From Snowella sp. (GTDB taxonomy: Bacteria; Cyanobacteriota; Cyanobacteriia; Cyanobacteriales; Microcystaceae), in contig JAYKGY010000061.1 of the NCBI GenBank assembly GCA_035285545.1, positions 1 to 21,284 of the forward strand: DNA of 21,284 nt, in the 5' to 3' direction. Numbering within the stretch: position 1 is the first letter of the stretch; the number at the start of each line of letters is the position of its first letter. The notes under the pieces are model-generated. The model saw nothing but the letters and a program-made list of their open reading frames with translations. It did not search any database and was not told the origin of the DNA. Both the position numbers and the translations under genes were made by a program. This document shows positions 1-8,150 of this stretch, in pieces.

Positions 1-871
1 TGACAACATCGTAATAACCCGTCTCACCCGTAAATTGGAAGGTTGCTGTCCCGACTTCATTCGTCGCCCCCCCTAAAAAGCTAAGAACCTGTCCACCCGA
101 TGCCGCACTAATACTTTCTACGCGATACACCGATGGGTTGGCAATGGATTCTGCTTCTACCCGAACCTTAGTAAGTGTGACGGGATTAACGAGTACCTTG
201 ACAGTGGCAGTCGCCGTTCCCCCCCGACCATCACTCACGACATAATCAAAACTGCCATTTCCCGTAAAATTCGCCGTTGGGGTAAAAACAGGATTGCCAC
301 TAGCATTGAGAGCAACACTACCATTGACCGCATTTTTAACCGAAGACAAAGTAAGCTGATCCCCGTCTGCATCCGTATCATTCGCTAATAAGTTGGAAGC
401 TAGTAGGGTGACCGCTTGATTTTGAGTGGTTGTTGCTGAATCCCCTGTCCCGACTGGTGGAGTATTAGCTCGTATTAGGTCAATATAGTCAAGGCGAGCA
501 TGTTCATCGCCATTTTCTGTTCCCTTAACCGTAAAAGTATCACCTTGCTTGATATAAACAGTCGTTACTTTCCGCGCAACAGCCGTTTGAGCAGAAGCAA
601 TATTACTGCCTAAATCTTGATTCAGGGTAATAGAACCGATCGCCGACCCATTTTGCGAGACATCAAAGCGAGCTTGACCATCATTTTCATCAAAGGTTCC
701 GATCACCACATCGTAATAACCCGTCTCACCTGTAAACTGAAACGTTGCCGTGCCAACCTCATTCGTCGCTCCTCCCAAGAAGCTAAGAACCTGACCCCCT
801 GAAGCTGCACTGATGCTTTCTAGGCGATAAACTGACCGATTGGTTAAAGATTCTGCTTCGATACGGTATTT
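1..871 (-). repeat. Intragenic direct repeat with a 702-bp (234 aa) period: the CBM-like domain is duplicated
   Basis: CATCGTAATAACCCGTCTCACC occurs at both 7 and 709. Segments 1-169 and 703-871 encode near-identical peptides (EAES...VYR.ESISAASGGQVLSFLGGATNEVGTATFQFTGETGYYDVV). Confidence 0.9.
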
Positions 872-1237
872 GCTGACCGATGTGGTAGCCAAGCTAGTGC
901 TACTCACACTACTGACGGTTGCCGTCGGTGCAAGACTTGTCAGACTCGTGGTACTGGGCTGAGCGGATTTCAATATCTCAGAATCAGAAGTTGTACCATT
1001 CGGATTACTAGATAAGGCAACTGTGCTAATGGGTTTAGGTAATGAATTAGTAGTCTTTGGTGAAGTGGGATGATCTAAAGAGTTTTGCTGAGTATTTAGA
1101 TTATTTTTCCCTAAATTATCATCAGTGAGTGTTTGTAAATACTGATAGATCTGACTGCCTAAACTATCACTACTCAATAACTTAAGAATCGATTTTAGAA
1201 CATCTAAATCGATCAATGGATTGATAGAGTTAGCCAT
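1..1237 (-). CDS. Large repeat-containing surface/extracellular protein, partial (runs off the left edge): Ser/Thr-rich linker, CBM6/CBM35-like domain, cadherin-like/Big_9 Ig domain, second CBM-like domain
   Basis: Manual translation gives an uninterrupted minus-strand frame from ATG at 1237 (AGGA upstream): MANSINPLIDLDVLK...STTSLTSLAPTATVSSVSSTSLATTS-KYRIEAESL...GETGYYDVVIGTFDENDG...HARLDYIDLI-ANTPPVGTGDSATTTQNQAVTLLASNLLANDTDADGDQL...SFDYVVSDGRGGTATATVKV-KVRVEAESI...GETGYYDVV. It is absent from the ORF track, presumably because the stop lies outside the window. Confidence 0.85.
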   Translation of the reverse strand, partial: MANSINPLIDLDVLKSILKLLSSDSLGSQIYQYLQTLTDDNLGKNNLNTQQNSLDHPTSPKTTNSLPKPISTVALSSNPNGTTSDSEILKSAQPSTTSLTSLAPTATVSSVSSTSLATTSVSKYRIEAESLTNRSVYRLESISAASGGQVLSFLGGATNEVGTATFQFTGETGYYDVVIGTFDENDGQARFDVSQNGSAIGSITLNQDLGSNIASAQTAVARKVTTVYIKQGDTFTVKGTENGDEHARLDYIDLIRANTPPVGTGDSATTTQNQAVTLLASNLLANDTDADGDQLTLSSVKNAVNGSVALNASGNPVFTPTANFTGNGSFDYVVSDGRGGTATATVKVLVNPVTLTKVRVEAESIANPSVYRVESISAASGGQVLSFLGGATNEVGTATFQFTGETGYYDVV

Positions 1238-1251
1238 TTGATTGTTTCCTA

Positions 1252-1312
1252 GAATTCATATATAGCGAATTTCAAGCAATAGTTATTCTTGAAACATTCC
1301 GCGAATGAATTC
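1252..1312. other. Imperfect 61-nt hairpin directly upstream of the surface-protein RBS
   Basis: Nested inverted repeats GAATTCAT/ATGAATTC, GCG/CGC, AAT/ATT, TTCAAG/CTTGAA, AATA/TATT. Confidence 0.55.
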
Positions 1313-2271
1313 ATTGTCGAGAACGATCTATCATTTGGCTTCAGTTAGAACACTTAGTAATTGATGCAAATAAATTTAATATCAGTGTTTATACTTAATT
1401 GTTTTTATCTAAAAACCCTTGAGAGACTCTTAAGTGGAAAAATCAGCTTTATTTTCCTTAACTTGAGGGGGGAAGTTCTCGTGGAGAAAGCAATTCAGAA
1501 GTTTTTGGTCATTCCCTAATGACTATCTTCTCTTTCGGTATTGTCCTGATCGAAGCTCCAGAATCTAAGGAGATATTTATGAAGTGAACTTCCATACACT
1601 TCGATAACATCCCTTTTATGGTTTGTCAAGATTAGCTCTAATCCGCTTCTCACAATCGTTAAAAGAATTTTCTTCCTCAAGATTGGAGGGGACTTCACTC
1701 GAAAAAAACGGACGTATCCAAGGATTTAGCACTTACGTAGCTGAGAAAGTCTCAAAATTGCTTAAGGCTATTAAAATTTTCTGAGTTTTAGTCATAAAAA
1801 ATGCTAAATCGGATCTCACTAATTTTCTTCATTTTTGTGAATTAACTTTGGCAATCAATATATTGTTTAAATAGTTCAAGCTGTAATTCTTATTTCCTAA
1901 AAAATTAATAATTAATCTATTTGAAATAATTTAGATTTTTGGGTATTTTTATTTGAAAATTAATTTCAATCACCTAAGCAAAACAAAATAAAAATAAAAG
2001 TTATAATTTTTACGATTTTGTTTAATTTTCTAGAAATTAAAAGCATTTTTAAATAACAAGATTAGTATAAAACTCAAAAATAGTCTCCATAACGGGAGCC
2101 GATCTTGAAAATTCAAAAGGGTTGATGCGGTTAGGACGGAGGCAGTTCTCCCCAGAAAACTGAGCCGTGTGCTACGGTCTCTTGATGAAATTCCCTAAAG
2201 TCGCTAGGAAAAAGGGGAATTCCATGTCAAAATAAAATAGAGTCTTGTAAAAATTTAGGAAGTAATAATTT

Positions 2272-2907
2272 ATGGCTCTTCAATTAGGTGACGTGGTTCC
2301 CGATTTTACGCAGGAATCGAGCGAAGGAACCATTTCTTTTCATGAATGGATAGGAGATAGCTGGGTTGTTCTGTTTTCCCATCCTGCTGACTATACCCCT
2401 GTTTGTACGACTGAGTTAGGGACGGTTGCTAGCCTCAAGCCAGAATTTGATAAGCGCAATGTGAAAGTAATCGCGCTGAGTGTGGATGATGTAGAATCTC
2501 ACAAAGGTTGGATTTGCGATATTAATGAAACCCAAAATACAACGGTCAATTACCCCATTTTGGCTGACGGCGATCGCAAGGTGGCCGATCTCTATGGAAT
2601 GATCCACCCCAATTCCCTCAATAACTTAACGGTACGTTCCGTTTTTATCATTGATCCGAACAAAAAACTCCGTTTAACCCTGACCTACCCCGCCAGCACA
2701 GGACGGAATTTTGATGAAATTTTACGGGTGATTGATTCTCTGCAATTAACCGATTACCATCAGGTGGCAACCCCTGCTAACTGGAAAGATGGAGAGGATT
2801 GCGTGGTTGTCCCTTCTATCCCCACCGAAGAAGCACGGGCAAAATTCCCCAAAGGTGTTAAAGAAATCAAACCCTATCTCCGCATGACTCCCCAACCCAA
2901 CAAATAA
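2272..2907 (+). CDS. 1-Cys peroxiredoxin (Prx6 family; Synechocystis Slr1198-like)
   Basis: FSHPADYTPVCTTE active-site motif (PVCTTE), GRNFDEILRVIDSLQ, VATPANW; 211 aa; AGGA RBS upstream. Confidence 0.97.
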   Translation: MALQLGDVVPDFTQESSEGTISFHEWIGDSWVVLFSHPADYTPVCTTELGTVASLKPEFDKRNVKVIALSVDDVESHKGWICDINETQNTTVNYPILADGDRKVADLYGMIHPNSLNNLTVRSVFIIDPNKKLRLTLTYPASTGRNFDEILRVIDSLQLTDYHQVATPANWKDGEDCVVVPSIPTEEARAKFPKGVKEIKPYLRMTPQPNK

Positions 2908-2928
2908 GGGGGAATCATTGATTCAATC

Positions 2929-2959
2929 GAGGGGAAGCGATCGCGCCTTCCTCTTTTTT
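2929..2959 (+). terminator. Probable intrinsic terminator after the peroxiredoxin gene
   Basis: GAGGGGAAG...CTTCCTC stem followed by TTTTTT, between convergent genes; the loop contains HIP1. Confidence 0.6.
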
Positions 2960-2971
2960 AATGCCAAGACA

Positions 2972-3442
2972 TTAAGCCTCCCTGGGATTGAGTTCAATCA
3001 TTGCCCAGGTCACATAGGTACCAATGGGACTCCACAGTAAAAAAGGAACTAAAAAAGCCCCTGCGGTTTCAGAAACTTGAAAAACAAAATAGGCTAAGAT
3101 TAAACCGATAAAAAATCCGGTGGCACCGATCGCGGTTCCGACTCTCAGGCTCCGAAGTTGGCACATAACCGGAGTGTAAGCCATGATAGCCACTTCTAAC
3201 AGTAAATAACCTCCCATTAAAAGCCAGATTTCCCCCTGATTCGGCGCGACTCTCCAGGTCAGGATAGCGGAAATGGAACCACAGATAAAAATGGTGATCC
3301 AAATCCAGGGAATCGCCCCCTCAAAGGTTAGCCATCGCGGTCGTCGTAACCGATTAAACCACCGTAAGTTTTTATTAAAACGATTGAGTAAGGCCGCTAC
3401 GCTAAAGGCGACTGTACCAATTACGAACCAATCTGGAATCAT
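2972..3442 (-). CDS. tspO: TspO/MBR family tryptophan-rich sensory protein
   Basis: 156 aa, about 5 hydrophobic segments, WFNRLRRPRW, PWIWITIF, and C-terminal LVPFLLW...YVTWAMIELN, typical of TSPO. Confidence 0.9.
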   Translation of the reverse strand: MIPDWFVIGTVAFSVAALLNRFNKNLRWFNRLRRPRWLTFEGAIPWIWITIFICGSISAILTWRVAPNQGEIWLLMGGYLLLEVAIMAYTPVMCQLRSLRVGTAIGATGFFIGLILAYFVFQVSETAGAFLVPFLLWSPIGTYVTWAMIELNPREA

Positions 3443-3544
3443 AATCTTTTGCGACTAAAAGTGTTAATTTGAATATAATTAACTGAAAAGCGGGAAATTA
3501 TGAGAATTTAGTTTTAATAATAACGTCATTTCCCCCTAGCTCAA

Positions 3545-4399
3545 TCAAATTGCGGTTTCGTACTGCTGGGTATCTATAATCAACTGATCGAGTTGTTGTT
3601 GCATTTCTGTTACGACCCGTTGATAACAAGCTTCGACATAAAAGCGATCGCGGGCGGCTTGGTTTCCATATCGCTCAAAAACAATGGGACGACACACACG
3701 GGTATGGATGGGAACGGGTAAGGGAAAATGGGGGAGCGGGCCGAGGGCGAGGCCCCAGGGTAACCCTAAATAAATGGGAAACACTTCTGGATCCGTATTC
3801 AGTACCCAGGGCATTCCCAACAAATGCAGTTGTTTGACCTGTTCGTAGCAGTCACCCAAAACCATAAACGTATCGTGCGCGCCTAGGGAAATAGCAGGAA
3901 CAATGGGGACTTCTTCCCGCAGAGCCAATTTAATAAAGCCTTTACGTCCTGCTAAATGAATTTGATGCCGTTGCCAATGGGGACGAAAAACATCCTGGGC
4001 CCCGCCTGGGTAAACTAAAACACTCGCTCCTTTTTGTAAGGCCGCGATCGCCATTTGGGGCTGAGCTTGGAGGGCCCCGACTTTGACCGCTAATTGGGCT
4101 AAATGGGGATTAACCTTCCAGACACTAGGGTGCATCAGTCCATAAATCGGTCGTTCTGTGCCAAAGTGCCGAAACCAATCGTAGATCATCATCACCATAT
4201 CGGGCGAAGCTAATCCCCCATTATGGGAGCCAACAATCAGTACCTGAGAATGGCTATTTAAATGATGCCAACCATCGGTTTTAACTTGAAAGTAATGTTG
4301 ATAAAACCATCCCCAAAAGGGCATTAATTGTCTGATCGTTTCGGGGTCACGTAGTCCCAGGGTCAAGCCTTGGTAACGCGAGTCAATGTTTGCATTCAT
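3545..4399 (-). CDS. Lysophospholipid acyltransferase / DGAT2-like protein (probable Slr2103 orthologue; acyl-plastoquinol/TAG synthesis)
   Basis: VLIVGSHNGGLASPD, VLVYPGG and GFIKLALREEVPIVP acyltransferase motifs. It lies directly downstream of ftsY, matching my recollection of Synechocystis slr2102(ftsY)-slr2103. Confidence 0.8.
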   Translation of the reverse strand: MNANIDSRYQGLTLGLRDPETIRQLMPFWGWFYQHYFQVKTDGWHHLNSHSQVLIVGSHNGGLASPDMVMMIYDWFRHFGTERPIYGLMHPSVWKVNPHLAQLAVKVGALQAQPQMAIAALQKGASVLVYPGGAQDVFRPHWQRHQIHLAGRKGFIKLALREEVPIVPAISLGAHDTFMVLGDCYEQVKQLHLLGMPWVLNTDPEVFPIYLGLPWGLALGPLPHFPLPVPIHTRVCRPIVFERYGNQAARDRFYVEACYQRVVTEMQQQLDQLIIDTQQYETAI

Positions 4400-4515
4400 G
4401 AAGTTGCGTGGGTCAATCTAACCTATTTAGCAGAAATATTCCGCCATAGCCGTAGTTTAAATAACGTTAAGCGAATTGAGCCACCCTCACAAGTCTTAAA
4501 TTTTGACGAATTTCG

Positions 4516-6150
4516 TTAGCCATTGAGTAACGCCTCGACAAATTCGTAGCTCGAAAAGGGCCGTAAGTCTTCGATCCCTTCCCCTGCGCCAATAAAGCGA
4601 ATGGGTAAATTTAACTGTTGAGCCACCGCGATCGCGACTCCCCCCTTGGCACTGCCATCTAATTTGGTTAAGATCACCCCATTTAACTTAGCGGCTTGGG
4701 AAAAAACTTCGGCTTGGCGTAACCCATTTTGTCCCAACGTGGAATCCAGCACTAACAGGGATTCAACCTTGGCGTTTGGGGCCTTTTTGTCGATAATGCG
4801 TCGGATTTTTGCCAACTCATCCATTAAATTCTTTTTATTTTGTAACCGTCCTGCGGTATCTACTAGTAATAACTCAATATTGCGGGCTTGGGCGGCGGTA
4901 ATACCATCAAACACCACAGCAGCCGGATCGGTATTTTTATCAGGATTGGCAATCACGGTGGTTCCACTGCGATCGCCCCAAATTTTGACCTGTTCAACGG
5001 CAGCGGCCCGGAAGGTATCAGCAGCAGCAATCAGGCAACTGTAACCGGATTTTTGGGCTAAATGGGCCAGTTTGCCAATGGTTGTTGTTTTTCCTGCACC
5101 GTTAACCCCAGTGAGTAACCAAATATTTAAGGTTTCTTTTTCGGGGACAAATTCCGCATTGCTAACCGATTGCAAGGGACGGTCTAAAATTTCGCGCAAA
5201 ATCGATTTGAGATAGGCGATCGCGGCTTCAGGAGGAAGGGCTTCTTCCCGTAATTTATTTTGCAGCGTGGTGATAATATAATCCGTTGCCTCAATCCCCA
5301 CATCGGCTTGGAGCAATAATGCCTCAATTTCATTGATAGCCGCTTGATTTAACGGCCCTTGCCCCACAACTGCTTTCAGTTGATTGACTAAATTACGACG
5401 GGTTTTGGTTAATCCTTGCCGTAAACGACTCAACCAGTTAATTTCTTCTTCTGAAACATCCTCTGGGGCACGTCCTTGATCGGCTAAAACTTTGGCAGAC
5501 CAAATAAAATCTTCATCCAACGCTACTCCCGATGTTTCTACAACCGGTTCAGGCTCGGCTTCAGGAACTTCCGTTTCAATAGCTGTCTCTTTTAAAATTT
5601 CTAAGCGATCGGATTTTTGTAACCAAGCAGGGCCTGTTGAAGGCGTTTCAAGTTCGCTCGTTACAGGTTGGGCAATCTCTTCCTCCGTTGCAACAGGTTC
5701 AATCGGTTCCGAACTTTCTGCTACAGGTTCTTCAACAACGTCTTCAACCACTTCAGGAATGGGTTCGACTTCGGTTTCGGTGTCGGCGATCGCTTCTTCA
5801 ACTGCTTCGGGTTCAATCGTTTCATGAACTTCAACAATTGGCTCAACAGGCTCTACACTTTCTTGCGTTTCTACGCTTTCCTCAACGGTTAGTACTTCAT
5901 CAACGACTTCAGGTTCGCTGGTTGTAACCGCTTCTTCTTCTGCTAGACCTTTACGTTGTTGAATATTTTTATAAGCTTCCTTCGCCCATTGTAAATAAGC
6001 ATCCTGACCAGCATCACTGCGAGTAGTCTCCGCTTCTTCCGTTGCTTCTACAGCCGAATCCGTTTCAGGGGAAGGACTCGATTCTGGTGTAGCAGGAACT
6101 TGCTCGGTTTGAGACTCATTGCCGAACTGACGACGAAACCAGTTAAACAT
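4516..6150 (-). CDS. ftsY: Signal recognition particle receptor FtsY with a long acidic N-terminal region
   Basis: GVNGAGKTTT, DTFRAAA, DTAGRLQ, TKLDGSAKGG and GEGIEDL SRP GTPase motifs; E/P/V-rich N-terminal ~210 aa. Confidence 0.98.
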   Translation of the reverse strand: MFNWFRRQFGNESQTEQVPATPESSPSPETDSAVEATEEAETTRSDAGQDAYLQWAKEAYKNIQQRKGLAEEEAVTTSEPEVVDEVLTVEESVETQESVEPVEPIVEVHETIEPEAVEEAIADTETEVEPIPEVVEDVVEEPVAESSEPIEPVATEEEIAQPVTSELETPSTGPAWLQKSDRLEILKETAIETEVPEAEPEPVVETSGVALDEDFIWSAKVLADQGRAPEDVSEEEINWLSRLRQGLTKTRRNLVNQLKAVVGQGPLNQAAINEIEALLLQADVGIEATDYIITTLQNKLREEALPPEAAIAYLKSILREILDRPLQSVSNAEFVPEKETLNIWLLTGVNGAGKTTTIGKLAHLAQKSGYSCLIAAADTFRAAAVEQVKIWGDRSGTTVIANPDKNTDPAAVVFDGITAAQARNIELLLVDTAGRLQNKKNLMDELAKIRRIIDKKAPNAKVESLLVLDSTLGQNGLRQAEVFSQAAKLNGVILTKLDGSAKGGVAIAVAQQLNLPIRFIGAGEGIEDLRPFSSYEFVEALLNG

Positions 6151-6366
6151 AGGGCTTAAGCTTAGCGTTTAGATCATGTATCAATAATATTCTTCGATCT
6201 TAAACGGAAAACCACCCGCTAGACGAAATAACCTGATGCAAAAGGCTTCTTAAATTTGTCAAAGAAGGTAATCTATGGTTTCTAAGCCACCATTTAACAT
6301 GAAATATATTTCAAACACCACAATATTTCAGCGATAAATCAGTGCGGAATGTAGGATAAAACAAAA

Positions 6367-6801
6367 TCACGAACTATTCAGGGAAGAAAATAGTTGAAAA
6401 CCTGCTTGAATAAAGTGCTTATCAAAAGTGAGAGCAAGATTAATATTTTTGTCTTGCATGACGACAAATGAAATACAATCTACTAATCCCCATGCTTTAT
6501 CTTGGCGATTTTTATATAAATTAAAGCCACGATCAAAAAGCTCAGGTGTCAGGCTTACAACTTCAACATTTTTTGATGAAATTAGGTCTTCGATAACTTG
6601 TATACCTTGAATTTTATAGTTCCTTGCTAGGGCATTAGCAATTTCTAGCAAAACTGCATCTGTGACTACTAAATAATACTGATCATAGAGATCAACTGAA
6701 GCTAATGCTTGATGATGATATTGATCATGTTCATTAATTAGAGCAATCACAAAAGATGTATCAAGGAAGATCTTGGATGTTATCAATTTGTTTTTCTCCA
6801 T
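6367..6801 (-). CDS. vapC: PIN-domain VapC-family toxin
   Basis: IFLDTSFVIAL, VLLEIAN, WGLVDCISFVVM, ALTFDKHF with the acidic PIN residues present. The true start may be TTG at 6786, which has GGAG 9 nt upstream. Confidence 0.9.
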   Translation of the reverse strand: MEKNKLITSKIFLDTSFVIALINEHDQYHHQALASVDLYDQYYLVVTDAVLLEIANALARNYKIQGIQVIEDLISSKNVEVVSLTPELFDRGFNLYKNRQDKAWGLVDCISFVVMQDKNINLALTFDKHFIQAGFQLFSSLNSS

Positions 6802-6994
6802 TTAGATACAAGTCAATATTAGCTGCAAAATCTACGGGAGCTTGAATTTTGATTTTTTTGAGTTTTGCTAAAGCTCCTAATTTTTTCTCGCTAGATTTAC
6901 TTTTAGAAAAGTTTTTGACAAGTTCATATAATTCTTCTAAATTATTTTCTTCAATTTTACTAATTTCTTCTAAGATCAATTCTTTTGTATTCAT
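6761..6994 (-). CDS. Putative antitoxin (VapB-like), 77 aa
   Basis: Small charged protein (MNTKELILEEI...KIQAPVDFAANIDLYLNG) upstream of and overlapping the PIN gene. AAGGGAG lies upstream of ATG 6994, which I prefer to the 7027 start in the ORF track. Confidence 0.75.
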   Translation of the reverse strand: MNTKELILEEISKIEENNLEELYELVKNFSKSKSSEKKLGALAKLKKIKIQAPVDFAANIDLYLNGEKQIDNIQDLP

Positions 6995-7065
6995 AATGAA
7001 ATACTCCCTTAGCTTATTTTTAATCAAGAATAATCGCGAAATTTTAGGAAACTGATCATTTAAAT

Positions 7066-7929
7066 CTAGAAATGGATACGATCTTCCTTCTGCAATGACA
7101 AAATATAATAGCTGCCAAATACTTTTAAAATTTCAGTATAAGGCTTTAATTCTGCTAACGCTTCTTGTAAGTTAGCTTGAGATTGGCTACTTTCGAGATC
7201 CATAAAAAAGAGATATTCCCCCAGCGATCGCTTAGTAGGTCGGGACTCAATGCGACTGAGATTAATATTACGATTAGCGAAAATTTGTAGGGGTCTGACC
7301 AACGCGCCTGGCACATTCGCAGGAAAACTAAACGCCAAAGCCGTGTGACTTCCTTGTAAGGATGGTTTTAGCCCTAAAACCCAAAAACGGGTGCAATTGT
7401 CAGGATAATCATTAATATCAGCAGCCAAAACAGGAAAATCATAAAGCTTGGCCGCACGGGGAGACGCGATCGCGGCTGATGTGGGATCTTGCTGAATAAA
7501 TTGAATCGCCTCTGTCGTGGAATTAGACGCAATTAAACGAGCTTGGGGTAGATGATGTTCTAACCATTTTTGGCACTGACCCAAGGCTTGCGGGTGAGAA
7601 TAGACCGTTTGAATGCCCTCTAAGGCAATGCCCCGCGATAACAGGACATGAATAATCGGTAAAACCAATTCCTGCTGGATCTGCAAATTTCCCCTTTCCC
7701 ACAGCGCATCCAGGGTAATGGCAATGCCCCCTTCCGTCGAGTTTTCCACCGGCACGATCGCTAAATCCACTGCTTGATCCGCCCCTGCATAGATAGTCTG
7801 AGCAATACTGGGATAGGGAATAAGGTTGACCGTTTGACCCTGATTTTTTTGTAACCAATCGGCATAGGCGATCGCGGCGGTTTCGGCATTGGTACCCTTG
7901 GGGCCAAGATGGGCAATGGAAAGGGACAT
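7066..7929 (-). CDS. pheA: Prephenate dehydratase
   Basis: LGPKGT, VPVENSTEG, SHPQALGQC, NCTRF and C-terminal ACT domain (NLSRIESRP, YLFFMD, VFGSY). Confidence 0.97.
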   Translation of the reverse strand: MSLSIAHLGPKGTNAETAAIAYADWLQKNQGQTVNLIPYPSIAQTIYAGADQAVDLAIVPVENSTEGGIAITLDALWERGNLQIQQELVLPIIHVLLSRGIALEGIQTVYSHPQALGQCQKWLEHHLPQARLIASNSTTEAIQFIQQDPTSAAIASPRAAKLYDFPVLAADINDYPDNCTRFWVLGLKPSLQGSHTALAFSFPANVPGALVRPLQIFANRNINLSRIESRPTKRSLGEYLFFMDLESSQSQANLQEALAELKPYTEILKVFGSYYILSLQKEDRIHF

Positions 7930-8150
7930 AGGTTCGTACTTGGGATAGATTCTTTCTTTTATTAAAGCAAAAGAGTCTCCTTAAACATTTCTTTAAGAAA
8001 GATTAATAAATGTACAAATTTTTGTGGCAAAACCCCCTCAAAAAAACCTATCAGTCCCATAAAAGATGATAATAGCAATCATTAACTTTAAGAAATGTAA
8101 AGAAGTTACAGTAAAATTAAAAAAAGCGAGTTTCATTGCGGATTAATTTT

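Noticed and set aside
617..802. 61-aa plus-strand ORF
   Set aside because: Antisense shadow of the large minus-strand surface-protein gene.
1516..1698. 60-aa minus-strand ORF in the intergenic region
   Set aside because: GTG start, no convincing RBS and no recognisable motif; I cannot support it.
2090..2225. More GC-rich patch with short stems upstream of the peroxiredoxin gene (riboswitch or PerR site?)
   Set aside because: No riboswitch consensus recognised. TTATAAT at 2001 is only a half match to a Per box.
4646..5927. Several plus-strand ORFs (132, 111, 96, 74 aa)
   Set aside because: Antisense to ftsY; their low-complexity composition mirrors the acidic FtsY N-terminus.
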